Assembly (NCBI GenBank): GCA_964609855.1
Contig: CAZSTB010000008.1
Coordinates: 1-55,242, forward strand
Direction: 5' to 3'
DNA length: 55,242 nucleotides
DNA from: an uncultured Bdellovibrionales bacterium
GTDB taxonomy: Bacteria > Patescibacteriota > Minisyncoccia > Moranbacterales > GWC2-37-73
The stretch's first letter is position 1, and every line of letters starts with the position of its first letter. Below, one piece after another: positions 1-9,794 of this stretch. The notes under the pieces were generated by a model. That model did not search any database and had not been told where the DNA came from. It was given only the letters and a program-made list of their open reading frames with translations. The position numbers and the translations under genes are program-made.

Positions 1-35
1 ACTGCCAGCTCGCTGGCGATTTTTTTGTTGAACAT
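1..35 (-). CDS. 5' end of a paralog of the 86..850 gene, running off the window edge
   Basis: ATG at 35 reads MFNKKIASELAV, identical to the N-terminus of 86..850. Confidence 0.8.
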   Translation of the reverse strand, partial: MFNKKIASELA

Positions 36-85
36 TTGTTTTGAAGAATATAAAAATTATAGATAAAACATTTGTCAAAATATTT

Positions 86-850
86 CTAAGAATTTGTAAA
101 TTTAAATGTTGAAATTATTTTTGCCAATTCTTCTCTGTATTTCATTCGTATGTTTTCAAGCTTTACTTCATCATAATCAGTACCTTCATCTTCGGACTTC
201 CTTATGATAGCATCTGTTTTTTCCTCAGGCTTCATCCCACTATCGTAACAAATATCATAAACAAAAACATTCTTTAAGACAGTATAACAAGAATCATAGA
301 ATGGAAAACTTCCGGTTCTATATTTTTTCGCTGGCAATCCATCAATGGAAGCATTTTCAATTTCAGTAACTTCTGACTGTATCATGAATCCCTCGTAATT
401 AGAAGGTTTTTCAAAATCTTTTTTCCAATTTGCGAACCAGACTTCAATATCTTTTTGGTCAGATTTTGTAATTCTTAAGTTATAAGAAAAACTTTCTTCT
501 GCTGGATAAACTGAACTCATTGAAAAAATGTTTTCTCCTTCTTTCGCGGCATCAAATTCAATAAAATATCCTTCAGGAGCTTGATCCTTATCCGTATAAT
601 CCGTTGAATCAATTTCCATATAATTAGGATATTTTAACTCAAATCCAAATTTATCATTCTTATATGTTTTCCAATCCGCAAATTCATCTTTTAATTTATT
701 TTGCTGATTAACAACTGGCTGCATAATTAAGCCTTCCGAAAAAACTTCCTCCGTTTTTTCATTTTGCATCCAAAAGATTGCCCCTATTACTAAGGATATG
801 ATTATCACAACTCCCACTGCCAGCTCGCTGGCGATTTTTTTGTTGAACAT
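86..850 (-). CDS. Membrane-anchored exported protein, PsbP/Mog1-like C-terminal region
   Basis: N-terminal TM helix; WKTYKNDKFGFELKYP motif and C-terminal IISTFKF typical of this CPR family. Confidence 0.7.
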   Translation of the reverse strand: MFNKKIASELAVGVVIIISLVIGAIFWMQNEKTEEVFSEGLIMQPVVNQQNKLKDEFADWKTYKNDKFGFELKYPNYMEIDSTDYTDKDQAPEGYFIEFDAAKEGENIFSMSSVYPAEESFSYNLRITKSDQKDIEVWFANWKKDFEKPSNYEGFMIQSEVTEIENASIDGLPAKKYRTGSFPFYDSCYTVLKNVFVYDICYDSGMKPEEKTDAIIRKSEDEGTDYDEVKLENIRMKYREELAKIISTFKFTNS

Positions 851-900
851 TTGTTTTGAAGAATATAAAAGTTATAGATAAAACATTTGTCAAAAGATTA

Positions 901-996
901 CTAAAAATTCTCAAATTTAATTGTCGAAATTATTTTTGCCAATTCTTCTCCGCATTTCATTCGTACATTTTCAAGTTTTACTTCACCGTAATCAGG
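901..996 (-). pseudogene. C-terminal remnant of another paralog of 86..850
   Basis: Reads PDYGEVKLENVRMKCGEELAKIISTIKFENF*, versus TDYDEVKLENIRMKYREELAKIISTFKFTNS*; has no start of its own. Confidence 0.85.
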
Positions 997-1004
997 CTTT
1001 CATC

Positions 1005-1457
1005 TTAAAATAATTGAAACACGGCCGAACCATCCACTGCCATATCAATGCAGTTTCCGCGCAACGTTGCTGCTTTTCCGGCTAAAATTTCAGATTTTAT
1101 TATGTCCGCATTTGAAACGCCCGGCTTGAGAAAAAATCTGACCGGGAAAGTCTGGTCGCTGTCTAATAAGCCGCTTCCGTATATACCTCCCACGGGAATG
1201 GCTTCGGAAATTTTTATAGTCCAGAAAAGTTCCACACTTGCGGGAAGGATTTTATTTTTACATTGCTGCCATTGGCTGCGCATGATTTGTTTTTTCTCCT
1301 GCGGAGTTACTATTGGTTTATTTTTTTCTGCTACGTTTTGTTCAGATTTTATTGCAGTTTTGGTGATAGGTTTTCGCTTAGCGGTCAATAAAAAGATTCC
1401 ACTCAAAATTCCAAAAAAAACCATCACGCCGACAAATATTTTGATTCCCTTGTGCAT
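1005..1457 (-). CDS. Hypothetical membrane-anchored protein
   Basis: N-terminal TM followed by a Lys-rich linker; minus-strand operon context. Confidence 0.75.
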   Translation of the reverse strand: MHKGIKIFVGVMVFFGILSGIFLLTAKRKPITKTAIKSEQNVAEKNKPIVTPQEKKQIMRSQWQQCKNKILPASVELFWTIKISEAIPVGGIYGSGLLDSDQTFPVRFFLKPGVSNADIIKSEILAGKAATLRGNCIDMAVDGSAVFQLF

Positions 1458-1478
1458 ATTTTTAGTCTGTTTTAATTT

Positions 1479-1650
1479 TTATTGTCGAACGAAGTCGAGC
1501 GAAACGAAAATGAATTTTCGTTTCCGAGCGAGTGATGATATCAAAAGGTTTAATGCCTCGCGGCTTGTCCACCTCGGCAAGTTTTGGGCGAGACGGGCCG
1601 CGGAAACCCAGAGGGTTCGGGGCTTGCCCCGGGGTTAATACCTTTTATTT
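1479..1650 (+). repeat. MITE/REP-like family A, copy 1
   Basis: Ends TTATTGTCGAACGAAGTCGAGCG and GGTTAATACCTTTTAT; related copies at 8077, 17416, 22812, 41071, 44728. Confidence 0.85.
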
Positions 1651-1874
1651 TAAACAAAAATTGGTTATATTCCGTAAATTCCGGAAAATGTCCGCATCAT
1701 TATAGGCACAGCTATGATCATTGCGACTATGGCGCGACTATTGTAAAAATTGTTATAATCAAAGTCCACAGAAAATATTTTCGCAGTTTTTCAACCGAAA
1801 CGTATATTGCGTCAATTTTAAGCTGCTGCGCTTCGATTTGTTTTGAAAGTTCTTCCATAAGCATACTTAAGTCT

Positions 1875-1960
1875 CAGATCCCTGCGGCACGCGGTCGACT
1901 TCATTTCGACCTATTAGTCTCAATGGAGTTTATGCTCGCGAAGCGGGTGCTCGGGATGAC
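1875..1960 (-). repeat. REP-like family B (GTCAT...ATGAC), partial copy
   Basis: Reverse complement shares GGTCGAAATGAAGTCGACCGCGTGCCGC with 3739-3886. Confidence 0.8.
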
Positions 1961-2021
1961 ATGTTAATTAATTTGGTACAAGATATTGCTCTTGCATTAT
2001 ACCATTAATCTATTTTAAATA

Positions 2022-2049
2022 ATAAAGGGTATTAATACCCTAGGGCAAA
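2022..2049 (-). repeat. Isolated family A terminus
   Basis: ATAAAGGGTATTAATACCCTAGGGCAAA resembles the ATAAAAGGTATTATACCCCAAGGGCAG end at 17416. Confidence 0.5.
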
Positions 2050-2118
2050 TTGAGCATTGAGAGTTTTAAAAAAAATAAGATAAACCGCAGGTTCGCAGCT
2101 TATCCTATTCATATTTCC

Positions 2119-2811
2119 TTACTTTCGAATGATGAATGTTCCGATTTCCAGATGATTGTTAGCTTCTTTTTCTTCAGTAGTGACATCAATACCGCAAAAT
2201 CCAGTCCAGGGGTATTTTTTTATTGCACCATTGGAGCGGATCACCCAGTCTCCGTGCTTCTGACGCTTAAGCTTCATCAGGCAGGCGCTCAGCCTATCAG
2301 AAAGCTTTTCAGCAAAGAGTAGGCAGATATCATCTTTGCTGATTTGCCAGGTGAAAGTTTGGGGCGCATCCACTGTCACTATTTGCTCCTGGGATTCAGA
2401 GGTTTTATCCACTTCGACTTCTGGAGTTATGGCTTTAGCCGAGGCTATGCCCGCGGATTCCTCATTGTCAACTTCGCCAGACTCAGAAATAATCGCGGAG
2501 CTACCATCGATGGTTTCGATTTCAACAACCTGCAAATCCAGCTCAACAGGGCTTACACTTTCAGGTTTCAATTTCTTTTGCTCTGGAGTCTGGGACTCAA
2601 TCACAACAGCTTCCACTTTTGTAACTTTCCTTAAAGGAACTTTTTTTCCTGAAAGTTTTATCGGGGCAGGCAGCGGTTGCTTTCCTGCATCCTTGACTGC
2701 AGAGTGCGCCAAGGTTAGAAATGCCAAGCTGATTTTTTTCCCCCAAGGATTTTCATCTGTGCGAACAAACATCTCCTTTTCGCTCCAAACATCTTTCTTA
2801 GCACTGCTCAT
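2119..2811 (-). CDS. Hypothetical protein (stand-alone accessory gene)
   Basis: 230-aa ORF with AAGGAG SD, its own promoter and a downstream hairpin; no recognised domain. Confidence 0.7.
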   Translation of the reverse strand: MSSAKKDVWSEKEMFVRTDENPWGKKISLAFLTLAHSAVKDAGKQPLPAPIKLSGKKVPLRKVTKVEAVVIESQTPEQKKLKPESVSPVELDLQVVEIETIDGSSAIISESGEVDNEESAGIASAKAITPEVEVDKTSESQEQIVTVDAPQTFTWQISKDDICLLFAEKLSDRLSACLMKLKRQKHGDWVIRSNGAIKKYPWTGFCGIDVTTEEKEANNHLEIGTFIIRK

Positions 2812-2868
2812 TGCTTCTCCTTTTCATTTCAATGTTCACAAAAGACAAAGGGTCAATTGCGACCTCTA

Positions 2869-2897
2869 ATTTAAACATGCAAATAAGTTTTTGTCAA
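2869..2897 (-). promoter_or_regulatory. sigma70-type promoter for 2119..2811
   Basis: TTGACA-17 nt-TTAAAT. Confidence 0.65.
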
Positions 2898-2976
2898 TAG
2901 CAAAAAATTAATATCTACTGCTTTTATTTTCAAGCGAGATTGGAGCAGGCGCTGATATTGAATGGCTAAAGTTCTT

Positions 2977-3663
2977 TTATTTTTTTGCAAGATATGCCAA
3001 GAGATAATTTCGTTTATATGGTTGTCCATCAAACTTAGTATATCCGCTTTTTTTTAACACCTTAAGGATTTTAAAATATTTACCGTAAGTTATTCTGAAA
3101 TCATTTTCCGTGAAAACCCTCTCGACTAAACCACTTTTTGGCATCATATATGTTTCGACTTCCTTACCAGGAAAAAGTTTCAGCAACTTTTTGGCATTCT
3201 TGTCCCCATCCTTACAGAGCGCACGAACAAAAACTAGTCCGTCTTTTTTCAATGTCCTAACGGTCTCACTAAGGTACACTTCCCGTTCTTTTTCATCGAG
3301 CGCATTAGAAGATGTTATGTCTAACGCAAAATCAAAGCTGTCACTGGCGTACGGATATTTTTCGCCAATACTTTGATTTAAGTAAGTAATTTCAACCTCA
3401 AGCTCGCTGGCTCTTTTTTTTGCGAGTTCAATGGCGGTTCTTGAAATTTCCATCGCCGAAACTGCGCATCCCAAAGTAGCCAGGTAATTTGAATTACGTC
3501 CTGTGCCACTACCCAAATCCAAAACGTGCATGCCATTAAGTTCGGCTGCTTTTTGTTTGCGAACAAACTTAAAAAAACGCAGTGCATCTTTTTGCGGATC
3601 GGCGTTTTTGGTAACAAAAAATGGATTCTGATATTCCCTTTCCCAATTGATATTTTGTGCCAT
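2977..3663 (-). CDS. Class I SAM-dependent methyltransferase
   Basis: Motif I VLDLGSGTGRN; SFDFALD. Confidence 0.9.
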   Translation of the reverse strand: MAQNINWEREYQNPFFVTKNADPQKDALRFFKFVRKQKAAELNGMHVLDLGSGTGRNSNYLATLGCAVSAMEISRTAIELAKKRASELEVEITYLNQSIGEKYPYASDSFDFALDITSSNALDEKEREVYLSETVRTLKKDGLVFVRALCKDGDKNAKKLLKLFPGKEVETYMMPKSGLVERVFTENDFRITYGKYFKILKVLKKSGYTKFDGQPYKRNYLLAYLAKK

Positions 3664-3738
3664 ATATTAAAACTGAAGACGATTAATACTTGAGGAAAAT
3701 GCTAATATCAAATCAACTAAATCCATTCTATAATAAAT

Positions 3739-3886
3739 GTCATCTTGAGCGGAATTGAGACTGGTAGGTCGAAATGAAGTCGACCGCGTGCCGCCTTTAG
3801 CTTTAGCGGTGGCGCAAAGATCTGGGCTCAGATTCCTCGACTTCGCTCATCTTCCCTTCAGTCAGATTCTCTACACTCGGAATGAC
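3739..3886 (+). repeat. REP-like family B, full copy
   Basis: GTCATCTTGAGC...CTCGGAATGAC inverted ends; homologous to 43727-43902. Confidence 0.85.
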
Positions 3887-3956
3887 ATACTAGCAGTAAT
3901 TAAGTTAATTCAGTATGATATTACAAGCTTAGCATATTAATCGAATTTTAAAAGTA

Positions 3957-3987
3957 AAACAGCCCCGGAAAAATCCAGGGCTGTTTC
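3957..3987 (-). terminator. Intrinsic terminator after the DsbA gene
   Basis: AAACAGCCC...GGGCTGTTT hairpin. Confidence 0.7.
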
Positions 3988-4009
3988 TTGGTTTTGAACT
4001 TTTAGCTCG

Positions 4010-5122
4010 CTACTTAGCTAATTGCTCGTCAATAATTTTTTTCATATCATCGAATTTCGCGGTTGCAAGCTGCATATCAGAACCAATAAAGATTGCTGGT
4101 GTTGCTTGTAATCCAAAAGCTTGGCCATCTTGCAAATTTTGAGTCGTTAAATCTTGGTATCTTTTTTCATCCACGCACTTACCAAAATCTGCAGCATTTA
4201 GACCAATTTGACCGCCATAGGTTTTAATTGATGCGCTCGCATCTTTTGCTTTGCTCCACGCTGTTTGCGTTGCGAAAAGTTTCTCAGCAAATTCCATGAA
4301 CTTTCCTTGCTCATTAGCACAAGCTGCCCCAAGAGCAGCTACTGTCCCCTGCAATGATGCTGGAGGAACATATCCTTTAAAAGCCACTTGAATCTTGTCG
4401 CCGTATTCCTTAACCAAGGGAGTCATAATGGTCTGGAAAAATTGCTTGTCAGCAGGATTTTGAAAATCACCGAATGCAACTATCTTTACTTTTGCATCTT
4501 TTGATCCCAAAACTATGTCTTTTTCTGAAATTGACGGAGCAGCGATATATTTTCCTACAGGAAATCCTGCTTCTGCAGATTTGATCGCGTATGCATCTCC
4601 TTGCTTATCCAAAACTGGCTCAGCTTTTTCAAATAACTCGGTTTTCTCAACTTCTTTTGAAAAAATAAAAGCTGGGATAGTTTTCAGATTAAATTGCGCC
4701 ACTAACTTTTGTCCTGCTTCTGAATTAACGTCGATTTTCTCATTAAGCATCGTAGGAAGTACTTGCTTAAGACCTACAAGAACTTCATCCGGACTGCATT
4801 TTTCACAACTGTCATCTGAAATAACCTGAATTTTAACGATCGGCTCTTCATAAGCCACCCAAGTTTTACCAGCCGCTGTTACGACATCAGTCTTGCTAAG
4901 AGCGCGCTCAGAAAAACCGCCTCCGCGTACCATTTGAACAGCATCCACAAACAGACTTCCTAAAAACAGACCTGAAAGCAAGATTACGGCTGAAATTAGA
5001 TTTTTGATTTTCTTATCAGCTTCTTGCTGAGGAGTAAGCTCGATTTTTTTCTCTTCGTTTTCCGTTACTGCTTCAATTTCTTCGATACTTTCTGACAATT
5101 TTTTTTCTTCTTCCATATGCAA
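4010..5122 (-). CDS. Two-domain DsbA/thioredoxin-fold membrane protein
   Basis: TM helix, a CEKC motif, then a DsbA-like domain (VAFGDFQ, ACANEQGKF, ATPAIFI). Confidence 0.85.
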   Translation of the reverse strand: MHMEEEKKLSESIEEIEAVTENEEKKIELTPQQEADKKIKNLISAVILLSGLFLGSLFVDAVQMVRGGGFSERALSKTDVVTAAGKTWVAYEEPIVKIQVISDDSCEKCSPDEVLVGLKQVLPTMLNEKIDVNSEAGQKLVAQFNLKTIPAFIFSKEVEKTELFEKAEPVLDKQGDAYAIKSAEAGFPVGKYIAAPSISEKDIVLGSKDAKVKIVAFGDFQNPADKQFFQTIMTPLVKEYGDKIQVAFKGYVPPASLQGTVAALGAACANEQGKFMEFAEKLFATQTAWSKAKDASASIKTYGGQIGLNAADFGKCVDEKRYQDLTTQNLQDGQAFGLQATPAIFIGSDMQLATAKFDDMKKIIDEQLAK

Positions 5123-5145
5123 ATAATTATTATTTTTATTAAAAA

Positions 5146-5457
5146 TTACTGTTGAACTTGTGGCTGAGTCTGAGCTTCGATTTGTTGTTCAGCCATTTTA
5201 GCTACTAATTCCTTTTTGATTTCAGAAATATTATAATTTTTAGTGACTGAAACTTGATAATCGTTAAAGCCCATGGTTACTCTTTTTACAGCTTCAGTTT
5301 TAACAGTTATGCCGATAAGAAAACCAAGAATTAAAAAAAGCGCCAACTCAAAAATCACTTCTTTTTTTCTTTTTTTCTCTGCTTCTTTTTCATCCAAGGA
5401 AGACTGCGACAAATTTTCTTCCTGCAAAATTTCCCAATTTTCTTGTTCCATAAGCAT
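5146..5457 (-). CDS. Small membrane protein
   Basis: Single TM segment ELALFLILGFLIGITVK. Confidence 0.75.
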   Translation of the reverse strand: MLMEQENWEILQEENLSQSSLDEKEAEKKRKKEVIFELALFLILGFLIGITVKTEAVKRVTMGFNDYQVSVTKNYNISEIKKELVAKMAEQQIEAQTQPQVQQ

Positions 5458-5623
5458 GGTTTTTAAAGGTTTATTTGTATCTATAGCTTAACATATACCC
5501 ATAAAATCAACAACTTGCGTCATTTGTTTTTTATTGCATAATTAAAATGGACTCTCTGTGATGCGAACGGCTTATTTTACACATTATTACATTCGGAAAA
5601 GCTACTTGTTTCAAAGCATTTTA

Positions 5624-5657
5624 AAAAGGATAAGCTGCGCTGCAGCTTATCCTTTTT
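5624..5657 (-). terminator. Bidirectional terminator
   Basis: AAAAGGATAAGCTGC-GCT-GCAGCTTATCCTTTT. Confidence 0.8.
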
Positions 5658-5675
5658 AGTAGCCGGAAAACATCG

Positions 5676-5954
5676 CTAAGATTCGCTCAGCCAATCTCTA
5701 ACCAGCTTTCCACCAGTTTCGTGGATAATTCCTTCGTCTTTGAGTAGCTCACTGAGCTCTACTGTCAACTTCTTGAAAACATGTTCGTATTCGTCACTTT
5801 TCGTCTTAAGCGCCAATTCCTCAAGAGGACTAAAGCTACGAAGAGACCTCCCGCATTCCTGGCTCACTTGCAGAACTCTTTCTTTAAGATAAAACAGGTG
5901 CTCGAGAATAGCTTTCTTTCTGCTCGGATTCCTAAACATTGCTCCCTGATCCAT
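5676..5954 (-). CDS. Hypothetical protein (stand-alone accessory gene)
   Basis: GGAGGG SD, upstream TATAAT, downstream terminator. Confidence 0.65.
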   Translation of the reverse strand: MDQGAMFRNPSRKKAILEHLFYLKERVLQVSQECGRSLRSFSPLEELALKTKSDEYEHVFKKLTVELSELLKDEGIIHETGGKLVRDWLSES

Positions 5955-6085
5955 GCTCCCTCCATTGAAGTTGCAAATTAAATAACCTTCCTTAGATTAT
6001 AGCAATTCTGGTTATATGGCAATATTAATACAAAAATCCTGCCAACGGGCAGAATTTTTAAATGTACTATTTTTACACTATTTTT

Positions 6086-6862
6086 CTATATTTCTTCAGC
6101 GACTCTTGGCGCAAGCTTGTTATATGAAAATGCTCCCAAGGCAAACGCTATCATGACTGTAATTACGAAAATTAGAGTTTTCCAGATGTCGGCAAAGTGA
6201 TTATTAATTAAACCTTCCTTGGTGAAGTGAATAATAAATGCCATCGGATTAAGCAGCATTATTTTTTGAATCTTATCCGGCATCATTTGCAGCGAATAAA
6301 CAATGGGACTGGCATAAAATAAGATCGATGTGACAACTTCCCAAATCATTGATAAATCACGAAACTTAACATAAAGGGGCGCCGTCAAAAGCGCAAAACC
6401 CAAAATTATGATGTAGGTGAAAACAGTAAAGACTAAAAATAGCGCTATTGCTTCCAAGCTAGGCATGAAGCGTTCAATAGCAAAAAAGAAAATTATTACC
6501 AGTATGTTCATCAAAAAAATCAATGCCGAATTTATTGTTGAAGCAATGATAATTGTCCAGCGCGGAACATAAATCTTGGTTACTAATTGAGATTTGGAAA
6601 GTAGCGAACTCATCCCGGCCATCGTTCCCTCGGAGAAGAAATTGAATAAAATGATTCCAGTCAGTAGTTGCAAGGAATAATGCGGGATACCATTTCCTCT
6701 GGTATCAAAAAGGGAGGAAAAAACAAAATTTAAGATAGTAAACATCAGCAAGGGCTTCAAAATTGCCCAAAGATATCCCAAAACTGAACCGTGATAGCGC
6801 AGTTTAAAATCCGTTTTGGCTAAAACCCAAATCAATTCGCGATAATTCTCATGGCTCTTCAT
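6086..6862 (-). CDS. wzm: ABC-2 type polysaccharide export permease (Wzm-like)
   Basis: KTDFKLRYHGSVLGYLWAILKPL; FYASPIVYS; LLNPM motifs. Confidence 0.9.
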   Translation of the reverse strand: MKSHENYRELIWVLAKTDFKLRYHGSVLGYLWAILKPLLMFTILNFVFSSLFDTRGNGIPHYSLQLLTGIILFNFFSEGTMAGMSSLLSKSQLVTKIYVPRWTIIIASTINSALIFLMNILVIIFFFAIERFMPSLEAIALFLVFTVFTYIIILGFALLTAPLYVKFRDLSMIWEVVTSILFYASPIVYSLQMMPDKIQKIMLLNPMAFIIHFTKEGLINNHFADIWKTLIFVITVMIAFALGAFSYNKLAPRVAEEI

Positions 6863-6887
6863 ATTTTTCTTTTGCTTTAATTATCAA

Positions 6888-8072
6888 CTATTTACCTTGT
6901 TTTTGAATGGCAAGCCTTAGATGCTCGTAATATTCCTTATTATTTGCGGTCTGGGTGGAATAAATAGCCAACGCTTTTTTACGAGCAGCATCGCCCATTG
7001 CCTCCCTGAGATTTCTATCGTTGATTAAAATTTCCAACTTATTAAACCATTGCTCCACTCCGTCAGCAACAAAACCATCCTCACCATCCTTGATTGCCTG
7101 ACGAAAAGGCTGGGTAGCTGCGGCAATTGTCGGTATGCGCAAAATTCCAGCTTCAAAAAACTTAAGTTCTGATTTAGATTCACAAAAGGGATTCCCAATT
7201 TCCAGTGGTGCAATATTAATATCAACGTTGGCAACATTTTCAAAATGTTTTTCTCGCGGAACATACGGCAAGGTTTTGACACGGCTTCGATATTTGTTCA
7301 AGTTATTTTCAAAATCCAAAGGACCGACCAGAAATAATTCAACTTGCGGGTATTTTTCCATAATCCTCATTAAGGCATCATTGATCGTGGCAAAATCCTT
7401 ATTATGAGAAAGTGCTCCCGAAAAATATCCTATTCTGATCGCGGAGCGACTTTCCGGATGCCTTTCCAATAATTTTCCAGCCACCTCCAAATCTTTCTTC
7501 GAAAGTTTATTTGGCACAATAAAAACTTGCTTACCATTTTCGCGCAACTTTTCCGCTAAAAAATTTGTTGTTGTAGTGCAAGTTTTAACATAATGATCAA
7601 TCAAAATCTCACCGCCGACACCATTTTCGTAAAGTTTTCTCTCAAGTGAATTCATGGTTTTATAATAATCCATAAATTCCAGATATTTGGAATCATAAAC
7701 CAAATCGTCTGTTTCAAAAATGATTTCCTTTCCCTGCAATTTTATTTCCGCAATCATCTTTTTAACACCTGGGGTACACAAAACCCGATGGAAAATAAAA
7801 ATCTTGAATTTTTTTACATAACTAACTAAAAATGGATTATCCTGGACAGTGGTCGCGCATTTAAAACCATGCATTTCCAATTCTTCTGCAACATGCCAAG
7901 TCCTGTAACGCGCACTATCCCCAACTCCGCCTGTAATAAATAAGATGTTTCCGTGTCCGACTGGACGGAATAAGGCAAAAAAAGCCGTCATGACTCTCTT
8001 GCCACCTTTTATTAGTCCCTCCCTCTGGATAGTCTTTAGCGCCTTTCCAGCTTTAATGAGTAGTAATTTCAT
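6888..8072 (-). CDS. Glycosyltransferase, GT-B fold (GT4-like)
   Basis: IFETDDLVY; DINIAPLE; KSELKFFEAG. Confidence 0.85.
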   Translation of the reverse strand: MKLLLIKAGKALKTIQREGLIKGGKRVMTAFFALFRPVGHGNILFITGGVGDSARYRTWHVAEELEMHGFKCATTVQDNPFLVSYVKKFKIFIFHRVLCTPGVKKMIAEIKLQGKEIIFETDDLVYDSKYLEFMDYYKTMNSLERKLYENGVGGEILIDHYVKTCTTTTNFLAEKLRENGKQVFIVPNKLSKKDLEVAGKLLERHPESRSAIRIGYFSGALSHNKDFATINDALMRIMEKYPQVELFLVGPLDFENNLNKYRSRVKTLPYVPREKHFENVANVDINIAPLEIGNPFCESKSELKFFEAGILRIPTIAAATQPFRQAIKDGEDGFVADGVEQWFNKLEILINDRNLREAMGDAARKKALAIYSTQTANNKEYYEHLRLAIQKQGK

Positions 8073-8076
8073 AATT

Positions 8077-8257
8077 TATTGTTGAATGAAGTCGAGCGAA
8101 AAGAAAATAAATTTTCATTTCTGAGCCCTGCCTGTCAGTTTATCTGCCGTAGGTATGACAAACAGGGAGTGCTGACATCAAATAGGTTTTATTGCCTACC
8201 AGCGAGCCGCGAAAACCCAGAGGCTTGGGACTCAGACTGAGATTAACACCTTTCATT
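8077..8257 (+). repeat. MITE family A, copy 2
   Basis: Same ends as copy 1; internal CCTGCCTGTCA...TGACAAACAGG palindromic insert. Confidence 0.8.
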
Positions 8258-8286
8258 ATAGAGTAGTTCGCACTTTTACTCAAAGC

Positions 8287-9720
8287 TTATTTTTTGAAAA
8301 CGAGATTTAGGTCATTGGTAAGAACTTGTTGCTGAGTGAATTCACCATCCTTAGTTTTAATATGCACATTAATCGGCACATCTCCAGCTCCGGATTGCTT
8401 TTGAATCAACAAGCGGTAATCTTCGATGTTACTGAAAGATTCTGGCAATTCGTACTTAATTCTACCATCAGTTTCTCCGCCAATAAGCACGTGACACATG
8501 AAACCGAAATATGTCTTATCAAATTCTTCATTCGTATTTATCCTGCTTACCATATGACTCTCAAGAAAAGTAGAGCCCTTAGGAACATAAACACGCAGAT
8601 AAGAATGGTAATCGCTTGTTCGCCAATCGCCATAAGGCGCCGTGTGACGATATTTGATATTTAGCGTCACAAGCGGTTTCGGTTGAGTCAGATCAATATC
8701 ATAATTCATTTCGCGCTGGATGTAATAATCGGATTTAAGCGCACCCATATTTGCGTCCACTGCCATAAGATAATCCCCAGACCACTCTTTAGGCATAGCC
8801 CCATCCCAATGCACACTTGCTACTAACTCCTGCAGCCGAGGGTCAGAAAAGTTCAACATCACATTCCTATTCTTCATTTCTTTATGGAAAAGTTCTACCA
8901 ACTGCGTAACATTCCCGACACTCATCAATTTTTCCATCATGATCGGTGCCAAGGCCTTCAGGATTGCCTTACGATTTTGGGTATCAATTTCCGGATTCAT
9001 CAAATATTTTTTCTCAACCTGCTCCTCGAGTTTACGTGAACCATTTTCACTGTTATATTCGCCAGCATACCCGGGCACAGTAATTGGTCCAGTTATGCCA
9101 AGTAAGTCTTCGAAAACCTGAGCGTTAACCGCGATTACACCCTCGATGCCTTGTGTACTTTTTCCAGCCAAGCGATAGAAGTATTTCGCTTTTTCCACAT
9201 TCGTCGGGAAATCTGGGGAAAAATTGGAATCGCGAAATTTCCATTTTTTAATCTGCATCATCCGATAAAAAGGAAAGGGAGCTGGAATATTTGCTTGAAT
9301 TCTTTGATCGAGAAGATTAGCATCTTCAACAAATGTTGAAACAACTTCTCCGTTTTTTATTTTAATGATTGCATATTGACCCAAAAATCCACCACCCGGC
9401 CGAAGCTCTGCGTCATTCTGGAGCATTACCATAAAAGTTTTTTCAACGTCGTCCTTTTTCGTAAACTCGCCCACCAAAGCATTGACGACTTCCAGTTCTT
9501 TTTTTTCGTCCTGGCCGATAGGCAGAAATTTGGAAACACTAGTAAGAACTGACAAGGAAGATATTGCCAATGTGCGCTTATTCTTGAGTACATATTGTAA
9601 ACCAAAGTAGCCGCCAACCAAAAAAAATGTCACCAATATTATAATGAGGATAACTTTTTTTGATTTATTATTTGGCTGTGTCGTTTTCCCTCTGGCAGAA
9701 TTAGTAGGTTTTATATTCAT
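8287..9720 (-). CDS. DUF4012-type membrane-anchored protein
   Basis: MLQNDAELRPGGGFLG; FRDSNFSPDFP; VDANMGALKSD. Confidence 0.85.
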   Translation of the reverse strand: MNIKPTNSARGKTTQPNNKSKKVILIIILVTFFLVGGYFGLQYVLKNKRTLAISSLSVLTSVSKFLPIGQDEKKELEVVNALVGEFTKKDDVEKTFMVMLQNDAELRPGGGFLGQYAIIKIKNGEVVSTFVEDANLLDQRIQANIPAPFPFYRMMQIKKWKFRDSNFSPDFPTNVEKAKYFYRLAGKSTQGIEGVIAVNAQVFEDLLGITGPITVPGYAGEYNSENGSRKLEEQVEKKYLMNPEIDTQNRKAILKALAPIMMEKLMSVGNVTQLVELFHKEMKNRNVMLNFSDPRLQELVASVHWDGAMPKEWSGDYLMAVDANMGALKSDYYIQREMNYDIDLTQPKPLVTLNIKYRHTAPYGDWRTSDYHSYLRVYVPKGSTFLESHMVSRINTNEEFDKTYFGFMCHVLIGGETDGRIKYELPESFSNIEDYRLLIQKQSGAGDVPINVHIKTKDGEFTQQQVLTNDLNLVFKK

Positions 9721-9794
9721 TTTTATTTTTTTGAGAATTAAGTAAAACTATAAAATTCCAGTTTTCTCCGGAATTTCTAAATAATAAATTATAA

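Larger units (their letters stand above)
1..995. repeat. 180-bp direct repeat (1-180 and 816-995), period 815 bp
   Basis: Manual alignment gives 164/180 identical and no indels; the first 80 nt are 79/80 identical. Confidence 0.95.

Noticed and set aside
1048-1967. Plus-strand ORFs 1048..1638 and 1584..1967
   Set aside because: Antisense shadows running through repeat elements, with no protein features.
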